From assembly GCF_009914755.1 (NCBI RefSeq), contig NC_060929.1: 64,000 nt of DNA. One strand, written 5' to 3'. The position numbers and the translations under genes were made by a program. Source of the stretch: the human T2T-CHM13v2.0 reference genome, Homo sapiens. Below, piece after piece: positions 14,146 through 29,969 of this stretch. A model generated the notes under the pieces. That model was not told the origin of the DNA. It worked only from the letters and a program-made list of their open reading frames with translations, and did not search any database. Numbering within the stretch: position 1 is the first letter of the stretch; every line of letters begins with the position of its first letter.

Positions 14146-16799
14146 TGAAACATTAATTCTGGTTAGGAAAATTATAAAAGACTTCATTGTTAGGGTACAT
14201 TCACAGTAGAGCTAGATCATGAACACTCTGCAAACAGGGAGACAGTGTTATGGTGTGGAAGAAGGGAACAGGGAGGCAGGAAAGCATTAAGCACAAGTCA
14301 GAAGTTAATGCTTCTATTTTGGGCTGCAACGTGATATTGGGGAGTGAGTTTAGAATTGTTACTTGTAGCTAGGTTGGAGAGAAGCAACATTGAACCTCCA
14401 TGCATGCTGCAGGCCAACTGTTTATGGCCCCAGGTTTAAAATGAAATTGTGGAGTACCTAAAATATTCTCAGTGGTGGCCTCAAATTTTGCTTTCATTAT
14501 TCTTTACTCTGTACATTTAGGATTGTCCTGTTGTGAGTTTTCCAGGCCAGAGAGTAAAAGACTCCTAATCCAAATTTCTCTCAAATCATAAAATATAGAC
14601 AGCCTCCGGGTTCCATATAATTATGAAGTTAGGTTCATATTTTCAGTTTCCAAAATAGCTTTCCAAGGCTGAACTTAGGTAACACCGGTGATAATGTTTG
14701 AGCCACATTCCCAAACTCTGGAAGAAAGCCCACAGTTAACAGAAAAGTACATTTCCCCAAAGCAGGCCCAAGTCAATTTAATGACACTGCTTGGTTTAGA
14801 GTAGTTCAGAGAACCAAAATATTTGGCTGACTAAAAGCATAGGGTTTGCCTATATCCACGGCAAGAGAGAAATAGTAGAAAGGGAAGCCAAGAACCCAAG
14901 GTATATATTTGGGGGGTTTTGTTTTAGCTTTTGTTTGTCCATATGCAAATGAAGACCTGGATTTGAAATACCTTAATGTTCAACTTTCAAGCTGGCAAAC
15001 ATACCTGTAAAATAGCTATTGCACTGAAAAAAAAAAAACAAAAAACAACCCTTATGTCATTTAGTCCATTCTGCTTTTAGATAAAATGACACTTATGCAT
15101 ACTTGTCAGTCTAAATTTAAGCCTCTGTTTTAACCCACTCTTCATCTCTCTTTCTACCACCCCATCTTCTAGAAGTAGCTTCACACCCTGTCACCAACTT
15201 ATTCTGTAATCTCTTAATATGGCCTCTGGAAGATTGTTTTAATTTATGGTGCTTATCTCTAGAGGTTGTAAGACTGCCCACTTAAGTCTCGTTTCTCTCT
15301 TATTCCTTTATCGGGACTGATAAAAAGAACTAGAAGTCACTCCTTTCTCCATTCCTCATATTCTGTCCCAATCCCAACTCTTCATACGTGGAACTCTCAG
15401 AATATACAGTGGAGTTGGCCTCTTTTGTTATTTTTATCTATGCTTGGGTTACATGGAGAAATCTCAGCTAATGTGTCTTTGTGCCTCAACTCATCCTCAC
15501 TTACGGTGAGGGTATAATTTTAAAAATTTCGTTATCTTTAAAATTTTACCTTCATCTCTCTTCCAGGATGCCTCACTTTCCAGATTCCAAGATGCCTCAT
15601 TCTCCAGATGCATTCGTGTTTATTCATTTCTTTCTCCAGCTCCCTCTCTCATTCTGTCCCTTTCAGACTACCATCTGGAAAAAAAATAACATATGACAGA
15701 TTTTCAGAAATAACTCAGTGGTCTGAAGGCTGTGCTGATGGTGTGTGAGGATAACCCTGTGCGACTAAAAACCTGTGCATCATGGTGATGCTTTTCCTGG
15801 CATTTGCGTCTACTTTGGCTTCATAAATTAAGGTTCTAATGAGACATTTCTCAGTTCTATGATCTGTACTTTGCCCCTTGACTGCCACCTTGGGAGAGGG
15901 AGTAAGGGATGATTGATTCATATGGCAGTTCATATTATTTTGGCTTATTGATCAGCTTTCTGCTAATGACTTAATATCTTAGCCCCATTGTGAATGTAAC
16001 TTTCTCCCAGAAGTCATCTGATATTGAAACTTTGAAAAATATATATATATTTATATATAATATGTATATAAATATGTTTACATATATAAAAATATATATT
16101 TTAATTTTATCCTCTGAGTATTAACTGAGCATCATCTGAACTTCTCTTATAAATACTCTTAACGAGTATTTATAATTATAATAAAGTATGAATGTAATTT
16201 ATGGGAATCTATTACCATCTATAAGTACCCTGAGGCCAAAATTAATGTCTAAATGAGACTTCTACCCCCCATGGTGGCAAATATGACATTTTATACATCA
16301 CAGTTAATAAGGATATTTGTTGATGGATAGGTGTATAAGTTAAAGAAAAGGAGGGCAGAACAGGAATCAGTATACTAACAACTGATTCCACAACAGAGGA
16401 ATAAGGGATATAGCTACTGAGAGTAGAGTCTGGGGGAAGAAAGGTCCGTAGTACCAAAGACAAAATTGACGCCCAGAGGACTTGGTGTAGAGACCTGTGA
16501 TAATCATGACTTAACTGAAAACAGGAGAAAGATAACTTTAGCCAACCACCTGGAGAATCCAGGAGCTTGGCTGGCCAGGCTTAGTGTTGAATCAGCAGGT
16601 TATAGCTAATAAGGTACAGACAAAAAGAGAAATGATTATCAAGCGTTTATCACGTGCCAGATGCTATGATTAATGCCTGACCTCTTCCTTTCCCTTTCAT
16701 TCACTTACTCTCATCCTCATTCTCTCATTTGTTTTTAGTAGAAAGGAAGTCTCATGCCTATTGTAATAAACCAATACTGTGCTATTCAGTATTGTTATG

Positions 16800-17165
16800 G
16801 TCATCTGAAAGCTTTATAGAGTGATGTAAAAGGTTACCTGAGGTTGTAATGTTAATACTTGTGAGGGATAAAAAGTGGAGGAAATAGAATTGGGCAAATT
16901 TAACAAGTCTTGGACCACCCATTGGGAAGACACAGAGCCAAGAGATAACCCACAGTGGGCAAAAATGGCCAAACTCTGATAACCCCATCATACTGAGTCA
17001 TTGGCTGGGGATGCAGGTGAGGAATGTGGCATCAGCTGGAAGGACGGGGCAGATCCTGAAGCTCCTAATATTTGGAGGGTATCAGCTCACTGTATTTCTT
17101 AGAGTTGAATAGCAAGTTCCTTAAGAGTGATCCAAATGGTGTATGTCCCTGGCTGCCATACCACA
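16800..17165 (-). mobile_element. LTR16-family (ERVL) solo LTR, degraded
   Basis: Minus strand begins tgtggtatggcagcc and contains cagccaatgactcagtatgatgggg and tgcccaattctatttcct, resembling recalled LTR16. Confidence 0.6.
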
Positions 17166-17632
17166 TACATGAGATCTTAATTGATGTATATAGACATTCT
17201 AATGACATCGTGCTTTCCTGATTCTAGTGTACTGCCTCATAGATTGATAAATCTATGAAAAACATCTAGTCCAATCATTTACAAAACACATTCCAGATAG
17301 TTCCAGATTTCCCCCGAAGATGTCTCTTGGATCACTGTAGGAATCATAAAAGAAGAGAGAGTAGCCAGTTGCTGTAACCTTCCTCCCAAACACAGTGGCT
17401 TCACTTTCTTGTGCTAGAGATTTGGGCTTCCATGTGAGATTCCATTTAAAAAGTAGTCTCTGCTATTGATAAATTAAAAGTGTAAAAAATCATTCATATC
17501 TGGCAGTGAATATCAGGGGTTTATAACTTTTCAGAGATTAATAGATTTATAGTAGGTACCAGGAACTACACATAACCCAAAGCCAGTCTTGTTTATGCCA
17601 TAGTCACATACCTGGGAATAGCCATAGAAGAG

Positions 17633-18106
17633 TGTAGGAGATGGGTCAGAGTGGTGGGAGAAACCAGAGGGAAAGAGGCAGGCCTTCAGAAAGGAACAGG
17701 CCTTCGGAAAGGTCGGAAGGCTCTGCATAGCTTCAGGGGAGAATAGCTGAAGGCAGCTGTTTTCTAACCCTGAGGCAGAGGGCAAGGAGTAGATACAAGG
17801 GAGTGTAGGGGAATTTATCTTAAACAGGCTTGTTTACTTAAATTGACCAAAAGCTGACCTTTGATCATCCACACACATCCCTTTCCCTGAAAGGGGCACA
17901 ATAAAGGTTACCCACAGATTGTGTTTGCTCCAGGCTATTGGCATTGTGCCTACACTGAGTAAATGCAAGCAACTCCAGCTTCTCGGGGCTGCTGCACTTT
18001 GGCCACTAGAGCACGGCAGTACCCTAGCTGCTCTTACACTGCATACCTGTGTCTGAGTACTCCTTTCATCTGTCGATCGGCCAGGGTCTGTGGGGCAGAC
18101 CTGGCA
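17633..18106 (+). mobile_element. LTR22C-like solo LTR (HERV-K22/HML-5)
   Basis: TG...CA ends (tgtaggagatgggtcagagtggtgggag ... cagggtctgtggggcagacctggca). Perfect 6-bp TSD GAAGAG at 17627-17632 and 18107-18112. Confidence 0.9.
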
Positions 18107-18344
18107 GAAGAGTAACATCTAGAGACCAATGGGGGAGAGTCAGGTTGAGAAAGGGGATGGGATTTCCTCAAGGTTACAGGATAACTAGGGGCAGGAATAG
18201 GACACCAGTGGCCTGGTCTCCTGAATCCCTGTGCACTATTCTTTTCACTCTGCCATTATATGCCTATGACTCAGCAGACCCAGACAAAACTCTGAAAGTA
18301 CAATAGACACTACTGAGAGAGAACTGTCAAACATCATTAGTGTC

Positions 18345-19383
18345 TACATTAAAAAATTAAAATCAATATGTTGAAGGGATAGCTGTACTCCCATGTTTAT
18401 TTCAGCATTATTTACAATAGGTAAGATAGGAAAGCAATCTAAGGGTCCATCAATGAAAGAATTAGTAAAGAAAATGTGATATTTATACATAATGGGATAC
18501 ATACATCCTTTAAAAAGAAGATTCTGTCATTCATGACATTATGAATGAAACTGGAGGACATTATGCCAAGTGAAATAAGCTAGGCACAGAAAGACAAATA
18601 CTATATGATCTCACTTATATGGTGAACCTAAAAACATCAATCTCATAGAAACAGAGTAGAAAGGTTACCAGAGGCTGAGGGGAAAGGAGATGGGAAAAAG
18701 GGAGATGTTGATCCAAAGGTACCAAGTTGCAGTTAGACTAGAGTTTTAGTGAGCTATCATACTCCATGGTGACCACAGTTAATAATGCATTGTATATTTT
18801 GAAATTGTTAAAAAATCGACTTTTAAAATATGGTTTGTATATATCATGGAATACTACTCAGCCATAAAAAGGAACAAAATAATGGCATTTGCCGCAACCT
18901 GGATGGAATTGGAGACCATTATTCTAAGTGAAGTAACTCAGAAATGGAAAACTGAGCATCATATGTTCTCATTGATAAGTGGGAGCTAAGCTATGAGGAC
19001 ACAAAGGCATAAGAATGATACAGTGGACTTTGGGAACTTAGGGGAAAGGGTGGGAGTGGGGGGTGAGGGATAGAAGACTACACATTGGGTACAGTGTACA
19101 CTGCTCAGGTGACGGGTTCACCAAAATCTCAGAAATCACCACTAAAGAACTTATTAATGTAACCAAATACCACTTGTTCCCTAAAAACCTATTGAAATAA
19201 AGTTTACCACGAAAAAAATATAGGCTTTTAATGTTCTCAGTCACACAACAATAACTTACTGAGGTGATAGATATGTTAATTAGCTTGAGTGAATATTTCT
19301 ATAATGTATACATAGATCAAAATATCACATTGTATTGCATAAGTATACAATTATTATTTGTCAATTAAAAATTAATAAAAAAA
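18345..19383 (+). mobile_element. L1MA-type 3' end interrupted by an L1PB insertion
   Basis: L1MA 3' UTR 18345-18825 resumes at ~19225 (aatgttctca...gaggtgatagatatgttaattagcttg...tcaattaaaaattaataaaa). Confidence 0.8.
18828..19218 (+). mobile_element. L1PB-type 3' end nested in L1MA
   Basis: L1PB 3' UTR text (gagctaagctatgaggacacaaaggcataagaatgatacagtggactttggg; accaaaatctcagaaatcaccactaaagaactt). Confidence 0.85.
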
Positions 19384-20619
19384 TACTCATCCCAGTCCCT
19401 GGAGTAGAATCCTTTTTTTACAGAAAACTTAGTGCGATACCACAGTACAATGAACAAATGAAAGTTGAGCAGCTCTGATTACAATTGGGGGTGGGGGTTA
19501 GTCCAAGTCAGAGGCTTCCCACCCTATTTGGCCTTTCTTTCTCTTCTCCTCCCACATTATGGTCACTCCTGAACACCTCAGTAGAGCTCTTGGCCTCTAA
19601 GTGATGTGATTTAATAAAGAGGAATGTGCCAAGACTCAGAACAGCACGGCCGCTTGCAGTGTTATAAGTGGATTAGTCATAAAATGAGCTGACTCATCAT
19701 CGCAGCCCACAATAAGACACTGCCTTTGAAAGCCAACTCCTATCCTTTAAAACCAGGCATTTTAGAAAGTTTTGGGCTTAGAAATTATTCTCTCCTGTGT
19801 TGTAAGTTTGAACCTGAAGGCAGCCACTGATTTGAAAGTATTCATGGGGTTCAGGTCAAGGTTAGGAAATTCATTTCCAAAGATAAACTAATATGAAGGG
19901 AAGACTGCTATCACTCTGGAGCAGTTGATGCTGCAAATCAGTCACCTGAAAAAGCAATTTACATCTGTCAACTCCCTGCCTTCCCTTAGGAGCAGGTAAT
20001 GGGCTCTTGGCTCACTAAGGTGGCAAGAAGTACCACATTGTGGAATGAATTCAATTACCTGCTGAAATGTATATTTTGACTCTCCTAACTCTGCTGTGGG
20101 GAATGAATTTAAATTCCTCCATCTCATTAGCAGGGTGGGCTGTTGACCATTCTGCCAGAATGGGTCTCCATTCAGAGAGTTGTAACACACAACCCTGGAA
20201 ACTAGAAAAGCAGTCAGCAAGCCACAGTGAGGACCTTCCCCTGGGCTTTCCATTGGTTGTGCTCTCCTCTCCCCACATGACCACTCCTACCTGCTCTGAG
20301 CCCCAGGCTGTCTCAGTCTCACCAGTCGTGTCACTCCCACCAACTGCTGCAGAGACACACTCAGGAAAATCTTATTGGGAGCTGCTCAGTCCCTTGAGGC
20401 AGAAAATGTGATTAGATTTCTACACCTTCCAAATGCAATACTGCATGCAGTCGGTCAAGCGAATCACTGAGCACTTTTAATCAGTCATTTCACGGGGAAG
20501 TTCCTGGGGCCTTGGGCATGGTCAGACTTCCAGGAAGGAGGCATAGGAAACACTCTTGGGAAAGCGGCCAAGGCTGTATGGGCCCAGGCTCAGCTAGATG
20601 TGCGGTCGAGGATAAAGCA

Positions 20620-21050
20620 AGTACAATTCGAAAGGACTTCACAGTTTACAAAGCACAAACGTGCTCATTATTTGAGGTTCTAAACAAATCTATGAGGTAA
20701 AGCTAAAAGGAAGTATTCTTCATTTTTTAGGTTTTATTTTAAAAAATTGAGTTCATATAAATAAATAGTTGCTAACCCAATTCCATGCAGTTATTGCCAA
20801 AGCTGAAACTCAAAGCAGGGTTTTGTGATTCCAAGTCCCATGTTGTTGGCATTTTCTTGCAAGATGCTAAACACACACAATGATCAGTAACAGCAGCAGC
20901 TAACATTTCATGAAGTACTATATGCTAAGGCCCTGCACAATGCGTTTCCTGTGCTGTCTTCGCAGACATCCTGTGAGATGGGTACTGACACATCCCTGTG
21001 AAGCACAGTGAAGCTGAGAGTGACTGTAATCTGCTAAAGGTTACCTGTCT
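20620..21050 (-). mobile_element. Two degraded MIRs
   Basis: Antisense MIR motifs (acaaatctatgaggta...cttcattttttag; gacatcctgtgagatgggtact). Confidence 0.55.
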
Positions 21051-22407
21051 CCAGGCTGCAGCACTCTATGAGGCAAATTTGTCTTCACCTATGCCACTAA
21101 AACCTCCTTAACTTCAGGGAAATTGGACTGATCCGCACATGTAGTTTCTTCCTTCTACCCCTAAACCTTACATAACTTTGGGAGAATCTCACATACCATT
21201 CTCTCAGCAGCCCTAAAGAGGTGCCTACTTACAAGGCTTGGGAGATGATAGAGGGTAACCCTGGAAATACAGTTATAATTTTGCTTCAGTTAAAAAGTCA
21301 ACAAGTGTTAGTAATGACAAGAATCCTTCTACACTAAAAAGAATGCTATTCTTTTCATTTTATTTCTTCCTCTGTTCTACCACGCCTGCCCCCAAATATC
21401 TACCTAGGTGATAATGTCACAAAGTTGGAGGGACACAAGGATTATCGTGTTCTGTGTGTCCCTTTGATTTGTGTGATGCACAGCTCAACCCTTCTGTTGC
21501 TTGAGAAGGCCCTTTGATCCTAACGTCTTGGAGTGTGAGGCAGGAGAAGGCTAGGTAGAAAAAAAAAAGAGAAGCAATTTCAGAAGAGGGTAAGACAAAA
21601 GCTGAATGTTCAGTGTTCCTCTCTTGGCATTTTGAGTGAGGTTGTGGTTGAAAGGAACTTGCAATTGTGGTGGCTTGAACTGAATAAGTCATGAGAACTG
21701 GACATTAGTCTAATCCTGTTTCTTTGCATTCTGGAAAGCAGAGTAGGAAGTAAACTGGGAAAACAATTGACACTTTTCATAAGTTTTCTTAATGAGACTT
21801 TTCTTTAAAGAGGTGCAAGAATAAACTTGAAAGTAAAGCCTTCTTGCCCTTGGGTGTCCTTCCTATGCTTTGCTTGTTACTTGTCCAAGTCTCATGCCAG
21901 CTTCAAGGTCTTCCAATGCCAAGAATGCCTTCCTTAATCTTCTACACACTCAGAAAACACCATAGCATTTATTGCCAGAACTCAAAACAAGTATTGATTA
22001 TATAGTTACACTGTTTTCTAATTATTTAGTCTGGTAGTCTTAACTAAACCTCAGGACACTTGAGGGCAATGATCGTATTGTCGTCCTCTTCCCAGTGTAT
22101 CTTATGCCATTTGCAACTTAGTAGGTCTGTACATGTAGCCAGTGATAAATAAACCTAAGTGCCTGTTAATAGTGATATACATGTAAAACTTTATCCCTCA
22201 GTAATAAAACTTGTATAGTGCCTGAGTACAGAACACATGTGTTCGTATTTGGGCTAATAACTCTTAGTGAGGGAAGAGAATTTGCAAGTTCACTATTAAT
22301 AAAATAATTTTAATCTTCTCTAATGTTTTTAGAAATTTCTAAACCATAAGACTTCTAAATACTTGTACCATTCAATGATATTTGTGGATCACATTTTATT
22401 TTTTATA

Positions 22408-24165
<1,758 letters not shown>

Positions 24166-25529
24166 GTCCAAGTAGCTCCAATGAAAGCCTAAGTCCCTCA
24201 TTAAACAAAATGGAAAACTAGCTTAAAATACATATTTTTGAATATTAAATCAACCAAAAGCAATATATTGTGGGTTAATTTGTGTCTACCACTGGAGGAG
24301 AAGCGTCATTGCAAGATTTAACAAGTATTTTAAATTTCTCAATGCAGAAGCCATTAAGAAAAATAGGACAACACATCAGATTCACAAAATGGCATGAGAG
24401 AGAACACAAGAAGGCTACACTTTGATATGTTTCTGTCATTCAGAATAAAGTCTTGGGGGCATAGTATAGAAGATTCATTAGAGAGCTTGAAGTTGAGCTA
24501 GCCCAATCCCCTCAGGTAACAGGTGAGGAAACTGAACCTTAGAAGTGTTAAATTGTGCATGTAGAGTTCCACAGTTGAGTGGTCAGGCAACTTGGTTCTA
24601 GTCTCAATTCTGCCTCCAATACGATATAAGCACCTTAAGAATATAAAGATGACAGGAAGGTAAGGTGGAATAGTCTAGGAAAACTTACATAATTCTTTAC
24701 TGATTTTATTCACTGTTTCTCTTCAAGATAGGTGGGAGGATATTTGTCTTTTTAACTTTGGAAATTCTACTGCCCAGAATATTAAAGCACTAGAAAAAAT
24801 TGAGAGCTGAAAACCAAAGAAGGCTCATCCCTATTCATCAGATGTAAATGCAATGATTTGACTATCACTATCATTAACTGGTTAATAACTATTTATGACC
24901 CCAGGATGTAGTTTCTACCCAGTTAATGGGCTCCATAGTAAAGCTATGATTTTATCTTAGCTGCTATGACTGTTGGTTTCAGTTGCTTGCATTAAGGGAT
25001 GAGCAGGTTCTGCTGATTATCCACATAATAAGAGATCATGTCCAAGGGCCTTCAAAAAAAAAAAAAAAACCTCTCATCAAACAAAATAGGAATTGTGCCT
25101 GAGAAGGAAGCCTTGCAGAAATAACATGTTGATTGCCCCCAAATAACCCTCACAAATCACACTTAAGGGAACTTGATCATACATTTTCTCAGCCACATTT
25201 TAAAGCAATTGTGAATCACTAAGTGCTGGGGGATTGTATCTGCTGACACTTCGCAACTAAGATTTTCCCAAGCTGTTTTCACTTAGCCTTTCAGCTAGTA
25301 CCCACCCCTTGTAGGCACAGCTTTGTGAAAAATACAGAGTCAAGTGTGGCTGAGCTGGGCTGTAAGTGCAGGGGCTATTTCTGAATGCTTGGCCAGATGG
25401 GCTCCCAAGGAAGAATAGGTCCTGACAATCCCTACATCTGGTATCTTGACCATCCTCCAAGCCAAGCTCCACTTCTTCCTCCTCCTATTTTTTTTTCTTC
25501 CCTTTAAAAATTGCTTTCCTTTAAACATT

Positions 25530-26300
25530 GTATTCCTTTATTCAATCTGTATTTAATGAGCATACATGATGTGCCAGGACTAAGAAAGATGTGAAGAAAG
25601 CTTAAGATATGTTTCTTGTTCATTCTGACCTTGCAATTTAGTTTACAAGATGAAATATATACAAAAGCATTTTTCTAGATTTTACCTGATACCTACTATT
25701 TCTACTATATCACTCCTCCTGAAATTACCACTTTTGCCTGGACTATTGGAATGGCAATAACCCCAGCTGACATCCCCTTCTCCATTTTTGTTAAAAGGTC
25801 AGTCAGATCATTTTAGTTCTTTTTCAGAAAGGCTCTAGTGGGTTTGTATCTCATTCAGAGTAAAAGCCAAAGCCCTCCCATGACCTACAGGCTGTCTGTG
25901 ACCTGGCTCTGTTTTTTTGCTTGACATTATTTTCTGCTACCTGTCATCTTACCTCACTCTGATCTGGCCCCACTATCCCTTTGCTGTTCTTCAAACACAA
26001 TAATGGCTAAAGCATGTTAAGGCTTTTGCCCTTGCAGTTCCCCTATGTGGAGACATTTTTCCCTAGCATACACGTGGTGTCCATCCTCATTTTATTTAGG
26101 CTTCTGGTCAAATGTGAATTTGCTCTAAACCACACTCATCACTCTTTTCTCACCCAGCCTCATTTTTCTTCTCAGCACTTAAAAGCACTTAATGGGTTAA
26201 TGTATCTGTTTCCCCAAACTATGTAAAGAGACATTGCTTAGTTCCCCAGTATATCCCTAAAACCTGGAACTGTGACTGGCACATAGTAGACTGTTATTAC
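25530..26300. mobile_element. L2 fragments (short minus-strand 3' end, then plus-strand 3' portion)
   Basis: ttattcaatctgtatttaatgagcata...gtgccagg; tcattcagagtaaaagccaaagccctc...gactggcacatagtag. Confidence 0.65.
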
Positions 26301-26439
26301 ATTGGTCAAACTGGAAAACTTAAATGCTTCAATGACAAGAGACAAATGAAGGAGTGAATAAATGGAGTGTCCAGATGAGCTTCCCACTGTCTAGTAAATG
26401 AAATCCTGTCTCTTTACCTTGGCCTTCAGATATTTTTCC

Positions 26440-26912
26440 ATTAGGGATACTTTCAGATTCAACCAACAAAATGCTTTATGAGCAGAAGTTTAAGCAATAA
26501 AGATACTCAATAAGGTCATACAACAAGATGCTGAGAGGTAAGCAATCTTGACCCAGCAGGTGCAAAGATGTATCAAAGACAGAACATCTTTCTATGTTTA
26601 CTCTCACTACCCTTAGTATGTTCCCTTATAGCTTTATGGCCATAAGACCGTGGCTGTACAACCAGGCAGCATGAAAATATTCAAGGCATAGAAAGTGAAA
26701 ATGGTAACAAAAGTGACATTTAACCCGTTTTTCAGGAAAACAAGAAGTTTCCCAGATGGCTTTTCCTAAGACATTTTCTATTATAACTGTGCAATTTATT
26801 CATCCCTCAAGGAGAAAGTAGTTTTTCATTTTTCCAGCCTCTAGGAAGAAGTTGGGCAAAGAAATGGGTTGTAAATGTGATTTTGTGTAGTCAACCTCCA
26901 CTGTCTGTCACC
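26440..26912. mobile_element. Old MaLR LTR (MLT1-type), degraded
   Basis: ttagggatactttcagattcaaccaacaaaa...tttaagcaataaag...tagtcaacctccactgtctgtcac resembles recalled MLT1 LTRs. Confidence 0.5.
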
Positions 26913-27724
26913 TAATGCCTTCTATGATATGACCCCCCGACCTGATTTCCCACCATTCCACTATACACAGTCCTTGTTCCAGCCCAACTCTTTACTGATC
27001 CCCAGATACTTCTCTTCTTTTTAAAAGGGTTTAAAAACTATTTTAACAGAAAAGTTGAGAATATAGTACATGGAAGTCCCATATCCCACCTTATTATTAT
27101 CATCTTCTATGAACATGGTACTTTTTATTTACAACGAATGAACTAATATTGATACATTATTATTAAAGTCCATACTTTATCCAGATTTCTTCAGTTTTTA
27201 CCTAATGGCCTTTTTCTTTGTTAAAATATATTTAATTGATTTGTAACAATTATACATATGTTGGGGTACATACGTAGTGGTACATGCATACAATTTGTAA
27301 TAATCAAATCAGGATAATTAAGATATCCATCACCACAAATATTTCTCATCCTATTGTGTTAGAAACATTACAGTTCTTCTCTTCTAGCTATTTTGAAATA
27401 TACAATAAATTACTGTTAACTATAATTTCCCTACTGCGCTATCCAATGTTAGAACTTAGTCCTTCTATCTAACTGTATTTTTGTTCCCTTTTGACCAGCT
27501 TCTGTTCATCTCCTGACCCTCTCCCCTTTCCAGCCTCTGGTAACCACCATTCTACTCTCCACCTCTATACATTATACATCTTTAGCTTCCTCTTATAAGT
27601 GTGAACATGCAATATTTGCCTTTCTTTGCCTGGCTTATTTCACTGAATATAATGTCCTCCAGTTCCATCCATGTTGCTGCAAATGACATGATTTTATTCT
27701 TTTTATGGCTGAATAGTATTTCAT

Positions 27725-29382
27725 TGTGTGTGTATATCATTGTGTGTATATGTGTGTATATATATTACATATTCATATATTATATATATTTTTATATATG
27801 TATTATATATACATATATATGTAATATATAACACATATATAATATATAGATGTAATATATATAACACATATATAATATATAGATGTAATATATATAACAC
27901 ATATATAATATATATTATATATTATATATATTATAAATGTATATATGTATATTATATATACATATATACATATATACACGTATATATGTATATATGTGTA
28001 TATATATTATATACATATATATTATATTATATATAATATATTACATGTTATATATAATATATTACATGTTATATATAATATATTACATGTTATATGTTAT
28101 ATATAATATGTTATATGTTATATATAATATAATATAATATTATATATATAATATAATATAATATTATATATTATATATTATATATAATATATATTATATA
28201 TTATATATATTATATAATATATATTATATTATATATATATATTATATTATATATTATATTATATATATTATATATTATATTATATATTATATATTATATT
28301 ATATATATTATATATTATATTATATATATTATATATTGTATATGTATATTATATATATTATATATTATATATATGTATATTATATATATTATATATTATA
28401 TATGTATATTATATATTATATATATTATATATTATATATGTATATTATATATTATATATATTATATATGTATATTATATATGTATATATACATATATGTA
28501 TATAATATATGTATATTATATGTATATAATATATATGTATATATGTATATAACATATATACACATACATATATACATAATATATATACATAATATATATG
28601 TATATATACATATATACTATGTATATATGTATATTATATACATATATATGTATATATGTATATTATATACATATATATGTATATATGTATATTATATACA
28701 TATATATGTATATATGTATATTATATACATATATATGTATATATGTATATATATGTATATATGTATATTATATACATATATACGTACGTATATATGTATA
28801 TATACATATATACGTATATATGTATATATGTATATTATAAATGTATATATTATATATTATATTTATATATATTATATATAAATATATATTTATATGTATT
28901 TTATATATTTATTATATATTTTAATATATTATAAATATATTTTATATATTTATAATATATAAAAATATACTATATATATTTATATATCAATAAATATACA
29001 TTTATAATATATATAATATATATTATACATATATATGTATATATTATACATATATATGTATATATTATACATATATATGTATATATTATACATATATATA
29101 ATATATTCATATATATGTATAATATATTATACATATATACGTAAATACATATACATATATACGTATATACATATACATATACATGTGTATATGTATACAT
29201 ATATGCATATATGTATATGTACATGTATATGTATACATGTACATATACAATATAATATACGTATATAATATATGTGTTATATATATTATACATATATAAT
29301 ATATATAATATATTATATACGTATATATGTGTTATATATAATACATATATTTTATATATATGTATTATATATTACATATTCA
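27725..29382. repeat. ~1.65-kb AT-rich compound micro/minisatellite array
   Basis: TA-based array with local 33-, 21-, 29- and 21-bp periodic blocks. Source of the Y/I-rich ORFs in the track. Confidence 0.97.
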
Positions 29383-29455
29383 CCTAAGTGAATTCTATGG
29401 TGAATTCTATGTCTTGGCCATTGTGAATGGTGCTGCAATACGCATGGGAGTGTAG

Positions 29456-29969
<514 letters not shown>

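Noticed and set aside
15562-15609. 24-bp imperfect tandem duplication (also a 15-bp one at 47318-47347)
   Set aside because: Common small slippage events with no further structure.
19942-20411. Overlapping 77-114 aa ORFs in unique sequence
   Set aside because: No recognisable homology or supporting exon structure; lengths compatible with chance.
27728-29293. Many Tyr/Ile-rich ORFs up to 181 aa
   Set aside because: Translation artefacts of the TA-based repeat array.
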